From the IMG/VR virus record IMGVR_UViG_3300036790_000034, positions 33,492 through 97,491 of that record: a stretch of 64,000 nt of DNA. One strand, written 5' to 3'. Both the position numbers and the translations under genes were made by a program. The notes beneath the pieces are model-generated. The model did no database searches. It was not told where the DNA came from and saw only the letters and a program-made list of their open reading frames with translations. Shown in pieces: positions 27,491 to 37,309 of this stretch; positions within the stretch are counted from its first letter, which is position 1, and each line of letters opens with the position of its first letter. This DNA comes from a virus.

Positions 27491-29290
27491 ATGCCACGAG
27501 GACTCAATCGCAGCGGTGACTTCCGCAACGGCTCACCCGTAACAACTCCAATCGACTTCGGTACAGACATCACTCTGCCACATGACTTCGGGAATGACGT
27601 GACGTGGCCGACTCCTGACCCAACTCACTTCGGCAACGCGGTCACTTGGCTCCCAGACCCCGCACACTTCGGCAACAAGATTCAACCACCGTTTCCGGCT
27701 CCGACGTTCACGAGTGCAACTCCGAACAATGGACCGACGACAGGTGGAACGCCCATTGCCATCGTAGGCTCGGGCTTCACAGCGACAGGTCTCGAAGTTC
27801 TCATTGGTGGAGTACCGTGTACGAGTGTCGTCGCAAGCGATGACAACAATCTGACGTGCGACTCTCCGGCGGGTTCCGCTGGGTTGACCGACATAGAAAT
27901 TATCACGGATGGCGGCAGCGTCGATGTACCGAATGCATGGACGTACAACGTCCCGGCCATCGCAATCGTCGCTCACACGATTCAGACGGGCGTTACATTC
28001 ACTCCCGGCATCACGACTTCAGCCATCAATTCATCTGGGGCATCGTTGCTGTTTCTCGCGGTCAACGGCTACCCAGCCGTCAATGCTCAAACGAGTAACT
28101 CTATCGTCATCACGGACTCAAAGGGTAACACATTCCGTCCGGTTCCGAACGGGAACACGGCACCATCTCCCGGCATCGTTCTCTTTTATTGTTCCGAACC
28201 TGTGACTGGCTCCGGCCACACAGTCAAGGTAGCATTCGGTGATTCAGGTGCGGGCGGTTACATTGCGTTTTCTGCATGGTCGAGCACACACAATCTTGTT
28301 CCGCAAGGCCAGGTTGTCAACTCGGGCACGACGAATCATGCGGCTCCATTCCAAGGCGGTTCACTCAACAGCAACACGGGCGACCTCATTCTGTCGGTCA
28401 TCGGTGGATACAACGGCTTCAGCACGAGCACGGGTCTCCCAGCAACAGTTGACACGGGCTTCACCATTCTTGATAGTGCCTTTGACTTGACGCCCGGTGC
28501 TGGCAGCGGTTGCGGTGGACTATCATACGGATATCTATTAGCACCGAATGCAACGCCCGTCAACCCGACGTGGACAATGCAGGCATCTGTTACTGCTGCG
28601 ATGGTGGTCAATGTCGTCTTCGCGAAGGCTTCTACGGCGACGGTTCAACTCATTGTACAGGCAAAAGCTACTTCTGCGAATGCGACAACAACGACTCCGG
28701 CGGTCAATACGACAGGAGCCAACTTCCTCATCGCATCCGTTCAGAAGTTCTCAGATACGGGTGGTCCTGCGGGCATCACGGACAGTTTCGGCAATACGTG
28801 GCACAATGTCGCGTGGAGTCAATCTCAGAGCAACGGCAAACCTGCATTCTACTACGCGTTCAACGCAACGGTAGGAGCAGGGCATACGTTCACAGTGACA
28901 GATAGCGATGGAGCTATTTGTGTCATGGCCTTCTCCGGTGTCCAGTCTAATGCTGACCCGTTGGAGTCCGGTAATGACATCGCGGCTCTATCCGGGTCCG
29001 CGACATATCAAGCGGCATCACCAATTACTCCGGCGTCGGCGGGTGACCTAGTTGTCACGGCTCTCGGCAACATCTTCGCTACGACTCCTCTGACGACCTT
29101 CCTCAGTGTTGACCAGACCAATCTGTCTGGTGGTTTGACTTCACCGAACAGCAACGATTGTGCTGGAGCTATCGCGTTTAGCATCGCACAGGACAATACG
29201 ACTCCACTTCAACCGACGTGGACCGGATTGACCAGTGGTGCAGACTTCAACCGAGGTTACAACATCTTCGCCGTGTTCAAGCACGCATAA
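27491..29290 (+). CDS. IPT/TIG (Ig-like) domain virion surface protein with N-terminal repeats and two tandem beta domains
   Basis: PTFTSATPNNGPTTGGT.I.I.GSGF IPT motif; repeated ITDS.GNT / GSGHT module. Confidence 0.7.
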   Translation: MPRGLNRSGDFRNGSPVTTPIDFGTDITLPHDFGNDVTWPTPDPTHFGNAVTWLPDPAHFGNKIQPPFPAPTFTSATPNNGPTTGGTPIAIVGSGFTATGLEVLIGGVPCTSVVASDDNNLTCDSPAGSAGLTDIEIITDGGSVDVPNAWTYNVPAIAIVAHTIQTGVTFTPGITTSAINSSGASLLFLAVNGYPAVNAQTSNSIVITDSKGNTFRPVPNGNTAPSPGIVLFYCSEPVTGSGHTVKVAFGDSGAGGYIAFSAWSSTHNLVPQGQVVNSGTTNHAAPFQGGSLNSNTGDLILSVIGGYNGFSTSTGLPATVDTGFTILDSAFDLTPGAGSGCGGLSYGYLLAPNATPVNPTWTMQASVTAAMVVNVVFAKASTATVQLIVQAKATSANATTTTPAVNTTGANFLIASVQKFSDTGGPAGITDSFGNTWHNVAWSQSQSNGKPAFYYAFNATVGAGHTFTVTDSDGAICVMAFSGVQSNADPLESGNDIAALSGSATYQAASPITPASAGDLVVTALGNIFATTPLTTFLSVDQTNLSGGLTSPNSNDCAGAIAFSIAQDNTTPLQPTWTGLTSGADFNRGYNIFAVFKHA

Positions 29291-29294
29291 CACA

Positions 29295-29354
29295 AAGGCC
29301 CGCTGTCAACATGGTTCCATTACGGAACTATATTGACAGCGGGCCTTTTTCTTT
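29295..29354. terminator. Bidirectional terminator at the convergence of the two genome arms
   Basis: AAAGGCCCGCTGTCAA...TTGACAGCGGGCCTTT long hairpin followed by a T tract. Confidence 0.8.
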
Positions 29355-29431
29355 TGGTGGCTAGGGGACGATTTGAACGTCCGACGGCGGGCTTATGAGG
29401 CCCGTGCTCTACCAGACTGAGCTACCCAGCC
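29355..29431 (-). tRNA. trnM: tRNA-Met(CAT), elongator type (Ile2 not excluded)
   Basis: Reverse complement GGCTGGG..CCTAGCC-ACCA; CGGGC-CTCATAA-GCCCG. Confidence 0.88.
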
Positions 29432-29434
29432 ATG

Positions 29435-29935
29435 TCAGTAGCCGAGGTCGATGAGGACCGATTGGTCATGATTCATTCTCCTCTTCCTGACGTTCTCCGT
29501 ATGAATGTCTTGACATCGAATCCTGACGACTGCGAAGATGAGCCGCTGAATCATCTGGCCCATCGCATCTGCTTGGTCTTCAAAGCTGTCGTACTTCGGA
29601 TACTTCCGCATGACAATAATCCCTCGGGCCTTGTCGTAGTAGAAGACCTCTGGTAGATGTGGGAGCATGACGCGATGCTTCTTCAGTCGTTTCAATCGTG
29701 CCATCTCCGTCGCCGTGTGGCGTCGGCCTGACACGTACTTCTTGCGTGACAGTGGAAACTTGACGACGAGGTCACAGTTCAAAATCTCACAGCACTCGCG
29801 GAAAGCCCCGGTGCCAATCCAACGGAGCGGAAGTCCGATGGCCTTGAAGTCCTTATGCGTTTGCGGTTTCGCCGCCCGAATCTTCTTGAGTGCTCGGGCG
29901 ATTGGGATTTTGCTGCGACTTCGGCGTTTGCTCAT
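29435..29935 (-). CDS. Minimal protein-kinase-like protein
   Basis: IGTGAFR Gly loop; VVKF; helix Glu (TEM); DIHTEN catalytic loop; IDLG. Confidence 0.7.
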   Translation of the reverse strand: MSKRRSRSKIPIARALKKIRAAKPQTHKDFKAIGLPLRWIGTGAFRECCEILNCDLVVKFPLSRKKYVSGRRHTATEMARLKRLKKHRVMLPHLPEVFYYDKARGIIVMRKYPKYDSFEDQADAMGQMIQRLIFAVVRIRCQDIHTENVRKRRMNHDQSVLIDLGY

Positions 29936-30236
29936 TCGGACTCTCTGCGGTCAACTGCGGTGTGCGGTGCGGCTGGATGCGGTCTATTTCGCGTCCGAAG
30001 TCGCTGTACTGCGATGCCTCCGTCGAATAGCTGACGAGGTATGCCAGCCTCTTCTCAATCATGCCGACCGTCGTTGTCAGGTCCGCCTTCATCTTCTTGT
30101 CAGTGTCGCTGACATACGACTGGTTCATCCGGTCGATGACATCAATGCCAAGCAGGAAGACTTCCTTCAATTCCATGTAATGACTGTAGCGAGTCCCCGT
30201 CTCCATGAGATTTAGTTTGGATGCGACAGAATCCAT
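29853..30236 (-). CDS. Hypothetical protein
   Basis: AGGAGG RBS before ATG 30236. Confidence 0.55.
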   Translation of the reverse strand: MDSVASKLNLMETGTRYSHYMELKEVFLLGIDVIDRMNQSYVSDTDKKMKADLTTTVGMIEKRLAYLVSYSTEASQYSDFGREIDRIQPHRTPQLTAESPNEQTPKSQQNPNRPSTQEDSGGETANA

Positions 30237-30244
30237 CGTCCCTC

Positions 30245-30688
30245 CTAGACCCATTGCTGGGTCGCCATCTGTTGAACCAATCGTTTTGCCCTGTCACCAA
30301 CCTGAGTATACCAGAGCGATGCCCTCATGTCGGCAGCGGCTTGAACGTAGTTCCCGGCCTGTACGTCCGCCAGCATGTGGTGGAACGTTTCTTCCCCGGC
30401 CACACCCATGTTGAACGCCATGTTGACAAGGACGCCTTGGATGACGAGCGGGAGCCGCTGTATCCACGGGAGGTCTTTGAACAATTTCATCTGAATGCGG
30501 GCCACATCAGCAAGGAGCACGACGCTGGCCGTCGCTTCGTTCGCTGCCGCGATGACTGCGGCGGGCAACGGGTTGGCGTCCAGATTGTGTCCGTAATAAA
30601 TTGTGGAGAAGCCACGCGTGTCCTTGTAGGGCACGAGCCTCAGACCTTCGTCACGCTTGAGTGCGTCGATTAAATTTGTTGGTGCCAT
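30245..30688 (-). CDS. T4-type lysozyme (endolysin)
   Basis: DEGLRLVPYKDTRG..TI catalytic E/D/T; NMAFNMG; SLWY.QVG.RA.RL. Confidence 0.88.
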   Translation of the reverse strand: MAPTNLIDALKRDEGLRLVPYKDTRGFSTIYYGHNLDANPLPAAVIAAANEATASVVLLADVARIQMKLFKDLPWIQRLPLVIQGVLVNMAFNMGVAGEETFHHMLADVQAGNYVQAAADMRASLWYTQVGDRAKRLVQQMATQQWV

Positions 30689-30971
30689 GAACCCTTTCGA
30701 GAAACGTGCAATGGAACGACTGCGGAGTCTTCTGGCCATCGAAGACAATCCTGACACAACCCTGAGTGCGACTAAGGCCAACTACCTTGGCCTTCTTGCC
30801 GACGGGGAATCTCTTACTGAATCCCCAATCCTTCCACTCGCCGCCGAGGACGACTCTCCGGCCCACGCGGAAATACTTCGCGAGGCAGGAGTCGCATGGA
30901 GCGAATGTGTTGCCGACGCACTTAGGGCGTCTCTTACCTTTATACCGTGTAGAATACGAGCAAGCCTTCAT
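30651..30971 (-). CDS. Hypothetical protein (SH3-like C-terminus)
   Basis: Coupled to both neighbours. Confidence 0.5.
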   Translation of the reverse strand: MKACSYSTRYKGKRRPKCVGNTFAPCDSCLAKYFRVGRRVVLGGEWKDWGFSKRFPVGKKAKVVGLSRTQGCVRIVFDGQKTPQSFHCTFLERVHGTNKFNRRTQA

Positions 30972-31369
30972 TGCGGCCTCTCTTCCTTGACCTCATCGAC
31001 AGAGCGGAGGTCATGACAACCGATGCCTTCAATCGAACGGTGGGCTACGGTCTCGTATGTCAAGACCATCAGCCCGCGTTTGCCCGCGAACTTCTCCGCG
31101 ACGTTGTCGTAGTCGCAGAACAGAATCTCTTGCGTGAAGAGGGAGTAGACGCCGCGAGGCTGGAGTCGGAGGTTCACTCCGGTGCCGACCAGTGAGACGT
31201 TGCTGAGGCTTCCCTCGACGTACGTGAAGGGGTTCGTTTCGTACTGGATGACCCCGAGGCTGTTGCCGTGCTTCTTGCCCACGGCTCCATATGCGAAGCC
31301 GCTGAACCCGATGAGTACGACAGACAGCAGGAATAGAATCAGAGCGATTGCAGCCGCGACTCGTCGCAT
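30968..31369 (-). CDS. Exported / membrane-anchored hypothetical protein
   Basis: Signal-like hydrophobic N-terminus; GGAGG RBS. Confidence 0.6.
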   Translation of the reverse strand: MRRVAAAIALILFLLSVVLIGFSGFAYGAVGKKHGNSLGVIQYETNPFTYVEGSLSNVSLVGTGVNLRLQPRGVYSLFTQEILFCDYDNVAEKFAGKRGLMVLTYETVAHRSIEGIGCHDLRSVDEVKEERPQ

Positions 31370-31377
31370 GGTGCCTC

Positions 31378-31815
31378 CTACTTCAGAGTGAGATAACGAA
31401 CCAACTTTTTGAATTCCGCCAGAGTCCCGTCGTTCTTAAGAACGTTCGCTCGTCGCGAGATGACAAACACATTTCCTTTGACGTACCCGAGTTCGTTCTT
31501 GAATCGGTCCAACGATGGTGACGCTGGGTTCCCTTTAGAACCCGCCTTGAGCACCATGCCTAGAACCGGACACCGTTTCGGAATCTTGATGTCGCTGAGT
31601 TCAATATTGAAGGCCAACCCATCCACCTTCGCACGATGCTTCGCCCACGTCAATAGAAAAGATTCAGGTCGTTTGACCTTTCTCTCCAGTGTGATGCGTG
31701 CAAAATGCTTCTTCCGACGATTGCGATACGCTCGAACATGCGTCTTATTCTTATCGTACCATCGCTTGCTTCGTTCTGCGGAAGTCAGCGGCTTACTTGA
31801 GACTGAGGTACTCAT
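31378..31815 (-). CDS. HNH-type homing endonuclease
   Basis: AK.RAK...F.I...DI.IP..CPVLG; SPSLDR...GY.KGNV.VIS.RAN..K. Confidence 0.85.
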   Translation of the reverse strand: MSTSVSSKPLTSAERSKRWYDKNKTHVRAYRNRRKKHFARITLERKVKRPESFLLTWAKHRAKVDGLAFNIELSDIKIPKRCPVLGMVLKAGSKGNPASPSLDRFKNELGYVKGNVFVISRRANVLKNDGTLAEFKKLVRYLTLK

Positions 31816-32965
31816 TCGATACCACTTTCAATCGCTGACCTGTCTCAAGCGAACGGATGACGATGCCTTCGCGAAGGTGCTTGGCACCGGGGACGACTGA
31901 ATCACCATCGACAAGCGACAGAATCTTCGCTTCATCGAAAGGCCCAGCGTAGAGAATCGGAGCATTCAACGTCATGCCTTCGTTTCCGTCCCAAGTGAAC
32001 TTGGTGGTCTCGGGGTCATAGACATCGAATGTGAAGACGAACGTCTCGTTCTCTTTGGCTCCATAGCGAAAGCTGACCTTGCCCTTCTTCTGGCACGGGC
32101 CGACTTCAGCATAGAGAACCTTGCCGGGATTGGCGATGCACCACTGTTCAATCTCAGGAAACTGACGTGCGACGTTCCACCAAACGTTGGGTCCGTCCTT
32201 CTTCCACTGCTCGTGAGAGCCGACGTAGAAGGTGCCGGGATAGATTCCGGTCTCAGGCACGTCGTTGGGGTTGTCCGCGATGAAGACGTAGCGGGCGTTG
32301 CAGCCGTGAATCTTCTCGGTCACTTGGACATCCTCGCCGGGAGTGAACTTCCGACGAGCGTGCTTGTAAGCATTGACATCGTAAATCGGGAAGTCAAACG
32401 AGACCTCCAGCTTGTACGAGCGTCCACCCGCGTTCTTGAACCCCAGCTTGCGAAGGGTCCAATAGAACCATCCACGGAGGGACTTCGGGTACTTGCGGCG
32501 AGGAGCAGCCGTCGTGTCGGCCTTCGTGTTCTCGCGGTCGAACTCTTCGACGTAACGCGTGATGCCGAGGAGTTCAGCCACATCTTGGCCGACTTCTAGA
32601 GCCTTACCGTTGAAGTAAAGGCCCAGCATCTTGCCTGTCGTGTCAATCTGGAAACCGAGTTCGGAGATGGGCATCAGCAGACCCTCGCTCCATTCCTTGC
32701 GGAAGCGATGAGGGATGACACGACGACGGGATTCCGGCACGGTGCCATCGAGTCCGACGTGGTCCTGCCAGATGAACTTGAACGGGTCCGTCTGTGGAAC
32801 GACGCAATCTGGCTGGACAAACACCGCGAGGTCTCCCTCTTTGAACTGGCCTTTGCCGACAACCATCTGATAGCCGCCGACCATCGTCAGTTCGAGTTTG
32901 TCCGCGTTCGGATGCGGAAGGATGGAACCGACAAGGATGATGTTTGCTTCGCTCGTATTGCTCAT
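31793..32965 (-). CDS. RNA ligase, Rnl2 / DRB0094-like family
   Basis: PHPNADKLEL N-domain; TEKIHG.N motif I; REGIVI; LKVVSNEYL. Confidence 0.85.
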   Translation of the reverse strand: MSNTSEANIILVGSILPHPNADKLELTMVGGYQMVVGKGQFKEGDLAVFVQPDCVVPQTDPFKFIWQDHVGLDGTVPESRRRVIPHRFRKEWSEGLLMPISELGFQIDTTGKMLGLYFNGKALEVGQDVAELLGITRYVEEFDRENTKADTTAAPRRKYPKSLRGWFYWTLRKLGFKNAGGRSYKLEVSFDFPIYDVNAYKHARRKFTPGEDVQVTEKIHGCNARYVFIADNPNDVPETGIYPGTFYVGSHEQWKKDGPNVWWNVARQFPEIEQWCIANPGKVLYAEVGPCQKKGKVSFRYGAKENETFVFTFDVYDPETTKFTWDGNEGMTLNAPILYAGPFDEAKILSLVDGDSVVPGAKHLREGIVIRSLETGQRLKVVSNEYLSLK

Positions 32966-33053
32966 GATTTTTTCTCCCGAGTTATCCACATCCCGAGGAG
33001 CCAACCGCCCGCGAGTGCAGAAATTACGACAACGATTTTGAGGACGACGTGCA

Positions 33054-33329
33054 TTACGCCGTCAGTTCAGCTTGGACCGGGACGACTTCTTTCTTTGCCG
33101 TCCGCTGGACCTTGCAGGGTTTACGACATGTGGAACAACGCCACGAGCCAAGTCCGACCAATCGGTCGTCTGGCGGAATCGCACCGAGGTAGGTGCCGAT
33201 GCGGACGTTCTGCGGCACGCCGCACGGAGGCTTCTCCGCGATGGCGTTGCAGCAGACAGAGAAGTACGCGAACTTCGCGTCCTTCAGGTTGACGGTCTTG
33301 GGCACACTACGATTCCGACCTTTGCTCAT
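33054..33329 (-). CDS. Zn-binding hypothetical protein
   Basis: SVCCNA ... CSTCRKPC. Confidence 0.6.
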   Translation of the reverse strand: MSKGRNRSVPKTVNLKDAKFAYFSVCCNAIAEKPPCGVPQNVRIGTYLGAIPPDDRLVGLGSWRCSTCRKPCKVQRTAKKEVVPVQAELTA

Positions 33330-33340
33330 GGCGTTCCTCC

Positions 33341-34504
33341 CTAACTGTTGACAGCAATCTTTGCGTCGATGACCTTCTTGGCCTCTTTCGCAATCTTATC
33401 AAAAACCTCGTCCTCTGTCAAGAACTGGTCGTGACGGTAGGGCTGGCCTTCAAAGCCCCAGAATCCCTTCCCGATGCCGTTCCCCTCGTCGGTCTTGGTC
33501 TTGTCTCCGGCGACGATGATGCCTTGATTCTCTGCATATTGCACCATGTCGGCCCGTTTGTCAAATCCGGTGTCGTAGAGCAAATCCACGACGGTCTCAC
33601 GGAACGGGTTGCCGACTTTGTTCTTGATGCACTTGACCCTCATGCGATGGCCGACGTGCAGCTTGGTCGCGGGGTCAATCAGTTGCCCGCCGTCAGTGTT
33701 ACTCAGACGCCGGACCTCGAAGCGGAGCGAGGCATAGAACTTCAGAGCCTTGCCGCCCGTCGTCGTTTCGGGGTTGCCGAACATGACGCCGATTTTCTCG
33801 CGAACCTGATTGATGAAGATGAGAATCGTGCCGCTCTTTGCAGTGGCACCAGTCAACTTCCGCATCGCTTGCGACATCAGTCTCGCTTGGAGACCCATGT
33901 GGCTGTCGCCCATATCTCCGTCAAGTTCGGCTTTCGGTACGAGAGCAGACACCGAATCAACGACAATGACATCAAGAGCACGAGAGTTGACCAACGCCTC
34001 GACAATCTCCAAAGCCTGCTCACCGTAGTCCGGCTGCGAGATGATGAGGTCTTCAATGTTCACTCCGATGCTGCGTGCGTGACTCAGCATCAATGCGTGC
34101 TCCGCGTCCACGATGGCCGCGAGTCCGCCTTCACGTTGGGCCTGTGCAATGACGTGGAGAGAGAAGGCAGTCTTGCCCGCTGACTCCGGCCCATAGATTT
34201 CGATGATACGACCGCGAGGGATTCCACCGCAACCGACGGTCTCCTCATCCACTGTCGGCAATCCGAGAGAAAGCGAAGGCACTCTGACCGCGAGTGCCTT
34301 CTTTCCGAATCGCTGAATCAGCTTATTGTCCTTCGTGTTAAATGAGGCCGCTACTGATGCGACCGCTTTCAACTTTTCTTCCTTGGTCATCACCACTGCT
34401 GGCGTCACCAACTCCACTTGCTCCGGCTTCGTCGTTGAGACCTTGAGCGTTGCCTTCACCGTTGACGCTATCTGCGTCGGTTCCTTGCTGATTGTCAGAC
34501 TCAC
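33341..34504 (-). CDS. recA: Recombinase RecA
   Basis: [15 protein letters not shown]; DAEHAL; VVDSVSAL; [12 protein letters not shown]; [22 protein letters not shown]. Confidence 0.97.
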   Translation of the reverse strand: MSLTISKEPTQIASTVKATLKVSTTKPEQVELVTPAVVMTKEEKLKAVASVAASFNTKDNKLIQRFGKKALAVRVPSLSLGLPTVDEETVGCGGIPRGRIIEIYGPESAGKTAFSLHVIAQAQREGGLAAIVDAEHALMLSHARSIGVNIEDLIISQPDYGEQALEIVEALVNSRALDVIVVDSVSALVPKAELDGDMGDSHMGLQARLMSQAMRKLTGATAKSGTILIFINQVREKIGVMFGNPETTTGGKALKFYASLRFEVRRLSNTDGGQLIDPATKLHVGHRMRVKCIKNKVGNPFRETVVDLLYDTGFDKRADMVQYAENQGIIVAGDKTKTDEGNGIGKGFWGFEGQPYRHDQFLTEDEVFDKIAKEAKKVIDAKIAVNS

Positions 34505-35063
34505 TTGGGATTCGTCCTTCCTGTTTCATCAGGTGAATGATGGTCGCCATGTAGCGAAGGAACATCTTGACGAACTTCTCGCCACGCATTCCGACCATCG
34601 GCTTCTTGCCGTGGGTGCGGAAGAACTGGTCCGCGACCTCGACAAGCTGCGGGTGAGTGTTGAAGAACTGAAACCAACACTGTTCGCAGTTGTTCTTGGG
34701 CTGGTTAATCATGTCGAGCAGATGGCCGCACACGCCCAGCCGGACGTGCTTGACCGTGAAGTATTTGCCTCGTAGAGAGCGAAGCAACCGTTCCGTTATG
34801 ACTGGAGGGTTGCCGTCTTTGTCTGGCCAGAGTTCGGGCGGAACGCCCTCGTATCCCTTGGGCGAGGCTGCTGGGTCTGGTTCCGTTGCTGGTGCCTCTG
34901 TTGTGCCTGTGGGTTCTTGAACTGAATCTCCCTCCACGGCTTTGAGGTTTTCTGCGAACGTGGGTCCACAGGCGAGGACGGTCGAGGCTGGAAGGTCCGA
35001 CGTTGCTGCGGGACTACCAGTCCCTTCGTCGATTTGTACCAATCGTTCAGTTTGCGTTTCCAT
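34338..35063 (-). CDS. Hypothetical Zn-binding protein
   Basis: CGH ... CEQCW; overlaps the start of recA. Confidence 0.6.
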   Translation of the reverse strand: METQTERLVQIDEGTGSPAATSDLPASTVLACGPTFAENLKAVEGDSVQEPTGTTEAPATEPDPAASPKGYEGVPPELWPDKDGNPPVITERLLRSLRGKYFTVKHVRLGVCGHLLDMINQPKNNCEQCWFQFFNTHPQLVEVADQFFRTHGKKPMVGMRGEKFVKMFLRYMATIIHLMKQEGRIPSESDNQQGTDADSVNGEGNAQGLNDEAGASGVGDASSGDDQGRKVESGRISSGLI

Positions 35064-35332
35064 TCAGCCACCCCCATCCAATTTGGTTTTGTCATCAAGC
35101 GGTCGATTCTGGGTGCCGCCACACCGTACTTCTGGAGCAGTTGAAACCGCTCGTCCTTCTGTGGTTCGTCTTCTCCGAGGTCAAAGGCGACTTGCCGTCG
35201 AATGACCACATCGAGACTCACGCTCGTCTTGCCGCGTGCCTTGCGTTCTCGTTTCTGTTGCGTTTTGGTTGTGGAGTCACAGACCTTGCACTCCGCGAGT
35301 AGCCCCTTGTGGAGCACTGCACCTTGATTCAT
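34796..35332 (-). CDS. Hypothetical protein
   Basis: GAGG RBS; CKVC; long overlap with the next gene. Confidence 0.5.
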   Translation of the reverse strand: MNQGAVLHKGLLAECKVCDSTTKTQQKRERKARGKTSVSLDVVIRRQVAFDLGEDEPQKDERFQLLQKYGVAAPRIDRLMTKPNWMGVAEWKRKLNDWYKSTKGLVVPQQRRTFQPRPSSPVDPRSQKTSKPWREIQFKNPQAQQRHQQRNQTQQPRPRDTRAFRPNSGQTKTATLQS

Positions 35333-35361
35333 ACTGCCTCTTGCTGCGTTGGATTTAACAC

Positions 35362-35802
35362 CTAACCTTTTCGCGGAGCGTAAAAGTAGCCCCGACCCTG
35401 AACCGGAAAAATTTTGCGACGGAGGAACTCAGCACCGAGGCGTTGCTCGACACTGTGACGCCTGTCGTGCAGAACCTTCTGTGCCCATAGCTCACGGTCT
35501 ATCGCATCGTCGCTGTCGTATAGAGTGTAGGCTATATGAAACTGAACGAGGTCGATGTCCCGAGGCACCGCGACCTTGATTGCGAGAAAGACATCAGCCC
35601 AGAAGTCAACCATGCTGGGCTTTGCGGGATTCTTTACAGCGGGCTTGCCGCCGCTTTGGGCCTGAATGTTGACAGCCCCGACGTGTCCGAGTGTCGGGCG
35701 TCCCATCCGGCGAAGGTGACTCATCACTCCGTCAAACGCCTCTTTGTTTTTGCGATACCCTTCTGGCTTTGGGCCGCGTTTTTTCTTTTGGGGCATATCC
35801 AC
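35362..35802 (-). CDS. Hypothetical protein
   Basis: AAGGT RBS; typical phage codon usage. Confidence 0.6.
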   Translation of the reverse strand: MDMPQKKKRGPKPEGYRKNKEAFDGVMSHLRRMGRPTLGHVGAVNIQAQSGGKPAVKNPAKPSMVDFWADVFLAIKVAVPRDIDLVQFHIAYTLYDSDDAIDRELWAQKVLHDRRHSVEQRLGAEFLRRKIFPVQGRGYFYAPRKG

Positions 35803-36145
35803 CTTTCGCCGCGATGACCACGTTCCATTCTTTGTAGTAGTCCACGACCTTCTGCGGGTCGATGTCCAGCTTGATTAGGTACTCGATGATGCCGACTGCT
35901 TTCTTGTTACAGATGTAACAAAGCAGAGACCTGTTGCACTTGCCACAATAACGTTTCTGTCGCCGGGGACAGCACTTGTGGTCATGGTCTTGATAGGCTT
36001 GATACTGGCTGAAGGGGCGTCGGCAGATTTGACAGGCGTTTTTCTGAGTTCGGCGTTGCTCATTCTGGGCCTCCAGTGTCGTGTTATAAATCTCTCGAAG
36101 GCGTTTGTCCTTCGCAATCTCACTCTTAGTCAGTTTAGCGTCCAT
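35732..36145 (-). CDS. Endonuclease VII-family homing endonuclease
   Basis: QKNACQIC; DHDH.CC....CGKC.R.LLCYICN. Confidence 0.85.
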   Translation of the reverse strand: MDAKLTKSEIAKDKRLREIYNTTLEAQNEQRRTQKNACQICRRPFSQYQAYQDHDHKCCPRRQKRYCGKCNRSLLCYICNKKAVGIIEYLIKLDIDPQKVVDYYKEWNVVIAAKGGYAPKEKTRPKARRVSQKQRGV

Positions 36146-36570
36146 ATCGAACCCGCCCTACCTTTCTCCATCCGATGACGTGGAACGCGGGAGGGAATTC
36201 GATATAAGCCATGAAGCAACTCAACAGTTGAATGTCGTCTTGCACCTTACCAAGAACGTCGTTGCATCTCCAGCACAGCAGCCCGCGTATCAGTTTCGTA
36301 TCGTGGTTGTGGTCAACTGCCAATCGCCGCTTCCTAGAAGGCTTTCGATTGCAAATCGCACAACGCCCTTTCTGGGACTTCAGAATTTTCTTGTACTCCG
36401 CGACAGTGATATTGAACAATCGCTTCAATCGGCACGCGGTCACAACTCGCTGGTGGGTCTTAGACCGCGAGGCAGCAGCGTGCTTTCTACAGTGGACCCC
36501 CGCCCTTCGCTCTGGACTTGCACTTCAAACAGATTCCTGCCTTACGACGTTTCCGTCGATACTCTTTCAT
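36135..36570 (-). pseudogene. Endonuclease VII-family gene with a frameshift in a G run
   Basis: The catalytic part 36135-36443 is intact (CAIC, VDHNH, RGLLCWRCN). The ATG 36570 frame joins it only if one G is removed at 36497-36501. Confidence 0.65.
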
Positions 36571-36574
36571 GTAC

Positions 36575-36895
36575 TCAGTTCGTCCACCGCTCATGTGCAG
36601 TCCTCTTGAACATCACATCACCAATCTTGTTGAGGACGACGATGACAATCTCGCGTCCCTCTCCCGAGTAGCGGTCCACCAACTCGGTGTACTTCGGCCA
36701 GCATGTTGCATCGCTCATGAGACCCAACTCGCAAAGACGGAGCGTAGCGTTGAAGTCGAGAGTGATTTCATCTCGCCTCTTGTCGCTGTCCGTCCCGGCG
36801 GGCTGGCAATAGACCTTGACCTGACTATTAGCCAGCCGTCGCAACAGTTTGAACTGGTGTAACGTCAGTTGCTCGGTGGTGTCGGTTGGCTGCAT
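36575..36895 (-). CDS. Hypothetical protein
   Basis: GAGG RBS; coupled to neighbours. Confidence 0.55.
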   Translation of the reverse strand: MQPTDTTEQLTLHQFKLLRRLANSQVKVYCQPAGTDSDKRRDEITLDFNATLRLCELGLMSDATCWPKYTELVDRYSGEGREIVIVVLNKIGDVMFKRTAHERWTN

Positions 36896-37308
36896 GGTTG
36901 GGCCTCGTAGTGCTTTCCGAAGTCAATCGTATCGAGAATCGCTCGGACGCTCATCGCGGCCAACTGCACCAATTCCTCTCGCTGGCGGGGACGTGTGTCC
37001 CGATTCTTGCGAGGGTTATATTTCCAAACTTCTTCCTTGTACTCTTCCCACTCTTCCTCGATTACTCCGAGGGCTTCGTGCGGGGAGTTCATGGGGTTGA
37101 ACATCTTCGAGGCACGGACTACTTCATCCGCGACCTCTTTGGCGATTTTCCAGATGCCGTCTTCTTTCTCCGGTGTCAGGTTCGTCAGTTCGAGTTCACC
37201 CAAAAAGTTGATGATGAATTCTTGTGCCGCTGGACCTCGCAGGTCGCGGCCCGCTGCCGCTTGAAACGCCATGCGAATATACTCGGGCTTGAGATTTTCA
37301 ATCTTCAT
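36865..37308 (-). CDS. MazG-like NTP pyrophosphatase domain protein
   Basis: SPHEALGVIEEEWEE ... EELVQLAAM. Confidence 0.65.
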   Translation of the reverse strand: MKIENLKPEYIRMAFQAAAGRDLRGPAAQEFIINFLGELELTNLTPEKEDGIWKIAKEVADEVVRASKMFNPMNSPHEALGVIEEEWEEYKEEVWKYNPRKNRDTRPRQREELVQLAAMSVRAILDTIDFGKHYEAQPCSQPTPPSN

Positions 37309-37309
37309 T

